From NCBI RefSeq assembly GCF_009914755.1, contig NC_060926.1: DNA of 64,000 nucleotides. One strand, given 5' to 3'. Numbering within the stretch: the stretch's first letter is position 1; the number at the start of each line of letters is the position of its first letter. Below are positions 60,282 through 64,000 of the stretch, piece by piece. The DNA is from the human T2T-CHM13v2.0 reference genome, Homo sapiens. The notes below the pieces were generated by a model. That model was not told the origin of the DNA. It saw only the letters and a program-made list of their open reading frames with translations, and did not search any database. A program made the position numbers and the translations under genes.

Positions 60282-60442
60282 TTTCTTTTATTATGAATTT
60301 AGTTGTGTAAATCAGCCTGTTGCTGATAAACAAAAATTTATATTAGTCCTGGGACCAACATTTCTTTCAGTATGACATTAGTTGTGTAAATCAGCCTGTT
60401 GCCAATAAACACAAATTTGTATTAATTCTAGGATCAACATTT
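60282..60442. repeat. Diverged tandem duplication, period 79 bp
   Basis: ttagttgtgtaaatcagcctgttgc..ataaaca.aaattt.tatta.t.ct.gga.caacattt occurs twice. Confidence 0.9.
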
Positions 60443-61289
60443 TGAGAAGGAATAAAGTAGGGATCATCTAAGAGTTTTTAAAAGAATGTGGGTCTAAAAT
60501 AGCTGGTAGAATAAAAATACATTGTACAAGCTAAAATAGGGCAAAAGAGCTAAAATGCAGTGCATGGACTAAAATAACTAGCAGTTCAAATGAGTCCAAG
60601 TGCTAAATATGTAATTATCTTTCCTATTACCTTATATGTACAAGAGTTATTTTAACTTTTAAAATCCTACATTTCACTTTTGTTGTTGTTTATTTATGTA
60701 TGTATATGTAAAATCAGGCATATATATATACACACCTCTGAGTTTAAAAGTTTTCAAATTGCATTTTAATTTACAGGTTACAGGTTGACATTTTACACTA
60801 GTAGGCAGAAATGGTTATTTATTTATTGGTAGGTGGTTTGCTTTATAAACTGAAAATGAAGAAATGACTTGAGTTTGGTTTATCATCATCCCTCCAATTC
60901 CCTTCCCCAAACTCTTTGAATCTCATGGTACTTTTTAAAAGCTTGCCTCAACATCCCCAGGAATAACTTCACAGTTGTTCCACATAGATGTAGTAGCCAT
61001 TTTCTTATTCACTAATTTTATGAATGATTGTTGCACATCCTCCAGGGGTTTAGAAATTGCTCATACCATGGAGGAGAGAGTTTCTGGGTGACTTTGATCC
61101 GTGTTAGTGCTTATTTGCTCCTGTAACCCCGACCTTTTTGCCATCCCCTGAACACAGGCACACGCCTGCATCAACCCTTTTTATACTTGTTCTCTGGGGT
61201 GTTTTTCCTTCAGTTCCACATGGTTTGTTTCTTACCCTCTTTCCATCTTTGCTCAATTGTTAACTTGTCAAATTACTCTGTAAAGGAGC

Positions 61290-62280
61290 TAAATCCTGAC
61301 CATTTGGTAGTTTTGAGCAAACGAGGATTAGAATCCAAGTGACATGTTGAAAGAATCACTCTGCCTATTGTCATGAGAATAAACTGCAGGTGAACAAGGG
61401 CTGACAGAGTTAGGGGCAATTGCAGTTGTCCAGGCGTAGAGATAAAGGTGGTTCAGATCAGGTGGTTAGAGAGGTGGTGAAAAGTGGTTGGACTCAGGAT
61501 ATATTTTGAAGGGAGAGTCCAAAAGTCAATATTTTGAAGGGAGACTCAGGATATATTTTGAAGGGAGAGTTAACAAGATTTTGCCGCCACTTTGAATGTG
61601 AGGTGAGAGGGAAAGATAGAAGTCAAAAATGACTCTAGGTTTTTGGCCTGCGTGACTGAAAGAATGGAATTGCCATTTACTGAAATGAGGAATAAATATC
61701 AAGAGAAGAGCACAAAATCAGGAATTTAGTTTTGTTTATAGGAGTTGGATAAATGAAATTTGAATTTAAAAAAAGGTCTGGGATGAAGATACACAAGTTG
61801 GGAGTCATCAGCATATACATTATTTAAAGTCATGAGCCTGAATGAGATCATCTGGGCATGTAAATAAAGAAAAGGGTCTTAGAGTTAAGCCCAGGCATAC
61901 CCCAATCTCCAATGTTCAAGGATTGAGGAGACCAGAGGGAGAGCCAGTGAAGTAGAGAAACTGGGACTCTGGAAACCAAGTAAAGAATGTTCCAGGAAAG
62001 GAGTGATCAGCTGTGTCAAATGCTGCTGGTAGAACACTAAGATAAAGACCGAGAAATGATCATTGAATTTGGCAATGGGGAGGTCATTGGTGACCTTGAG
62101 GAACTGTTTTGGTGGAGTGGTGGTAGGGAAAGGCTGACTGGTGAGGGCTTAAGAGAAAATAATAAAAGAGGAAATGTAGACCTCAAATATAGATTAACTT
62201 TTTACAGGTGATTATTTTTTAAAGTAAAACAGAGAAATGAAATGGGAGCTGAAGAAGGATATGAAGTGAATGGAAACATT
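61290..62280. mobile_element. L2 fragment
   Basis: gaatcactctgcctattg, gaatggaattgccatttactgaaatgagg, gggagtcatcagcatatac, gtgtcaaatgctgctg, gaggtcattggtgaccttg. Confidence 0.75.
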
Positions 62281-62298
62281 TTAAAAATGATGTTTATA

Positions 62299-62602
<304 letters not shown>

Positions 62603-62645
62603 TTATATAGGAGAAAGAGAATGTGGACAGTTGTTGGGAGCATGT

Positions 62646-62941
62646 TTTTTTTTTTTTTTTAGACGGAGTCTTGCTCTGTCGCCCAGGCTGGAGTGCAGTG
62701 GTGTGATCTTGGCATATTGCAACCTCCGCCTCCTCCTGGTTCAAGGGATTCTCATGCCTCAGCCGCCCCAGTAGCTGGGATTACAGGCACATGCCACCAT
62801 GCCTGGCTAATTTTTGTATTTTTAGTAGAGACGGGGTTTCACCATATTGGCCAGGCTGGTCTCGAACTCCTGACCTTGTGATCCGCCTGCCTTGGCCTTG
62901 CAAAGTGCTGGTATTACAGGCATGAGCCAATGTGCCTGGCC
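62646..62941 (-). mobile_element. AluS, antisense
   Basis: Full dimer; TSD ggagcatgt. Confidence 0.95.
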
Positions 62942-63745
62942 TGGAGCATGTATTCTTTTATGAGTGGTCCTTCTTCTGTGGCACTGTACACAGTGCTAAG
63001 GGAAGACTTTTCTGTCTTTCCTTCTACACTCCCAGATTCTCACTGGGCTAGGTGTCCCTTTTATAAGCTCCCATTTAACTCTATGCTGTTATTGTTGCCT
63101 CTACACTTACCCCTTTCAAAGTATGACCCCTTGTACTTAAAAACAGACCTTTTTAGGTTTAGCTGTGTCTTGATCCAAAGAACCACACTTACCAGAGTAT
63201 GTTAGTTTTAGAGTCATCTAGGAGCTCAGCATAATACCAAAACCACACCTTTTGGTAATCTTGGACTGTAACAGAAGGCAAGAATTATAATAGGATCTCA
63301 CAAACCTTCTCCCACCCACCATGATGAGCTATTTGTAGATCCTTAGTGGCTCTTAAGTATTCTCCCAAGTGTTGAGTTGTGAGTAGCCTGCACATAATGG
63401 CGTTCAATACTGAGAATAGCTACTCAGCTCTGAGCATCCATCCTTTTTCTCACCATTGGCATTCCTGGTGGCACAGTGGCTTCTATCACTCTCTCTGGCT
63501 TGCCTCAGCTTTGATTCTGTCCATTCAATTCTCATTTCCGCCTTGTCTGTCACAGGGTTAGGCTTATGGTAATGAAGAAATGCTCTGTCCTTAGCCAGAG
63601 ATTGGTGTAAGTTAAAAGATGCTGTGAGCGGTAAAACAAACAACATTTAGGCAGATATTAGTTATTATTATTATCTTCAGAGCTCAATATATTTCTGTCT
63701 GTATTTTTAAGGTTTAGATCAGAGTTTTAAAATTAGGGCCATAAC

Positions 63746-64000
<255 letters not shown>

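Overview
Primate (very probably human) genomic DNA inside the large gene BABAM2 (BRE/BRCC45), transcribed on the + strand. Only two coding exons are present: 7499-7593 (95 nt) and 44736-44930 (195 nt), separated by a ~37 kb intron. The intron holds a hairpin matching my recollection of MIR4263 (15873-15955) and a full-length FAM133B-type processed pseudogene on the - strand (34107-36066, with poly(A) tail and 13-bp TSDs). Most of the rest is interspersed repeat: Alu, L1, L2, MIR, MaLR/ERVL LTRs, hAT DNA transposons and microsatellites. I see no convincing novel multi-gene system. The best leads are: (1) the 3' arm of the MIR4263 hairpin has an ungapped 82%-identical copy 2.4 kb upstream, suggesting the hairpin arose from a local templated insertion into an old L1; (2) the antisense pseudogene offers a stop-free, phase-matched cryptic cassette exon between the two BABAM2 exons; (3) the 195-nt exon is bracketed by inverted Alus and would form an endless ORF if circularised; (4) a very young AluYa-type insertion. 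Repeat subfamily names are by eye and need RepeatMasker/Dfam confirmation.
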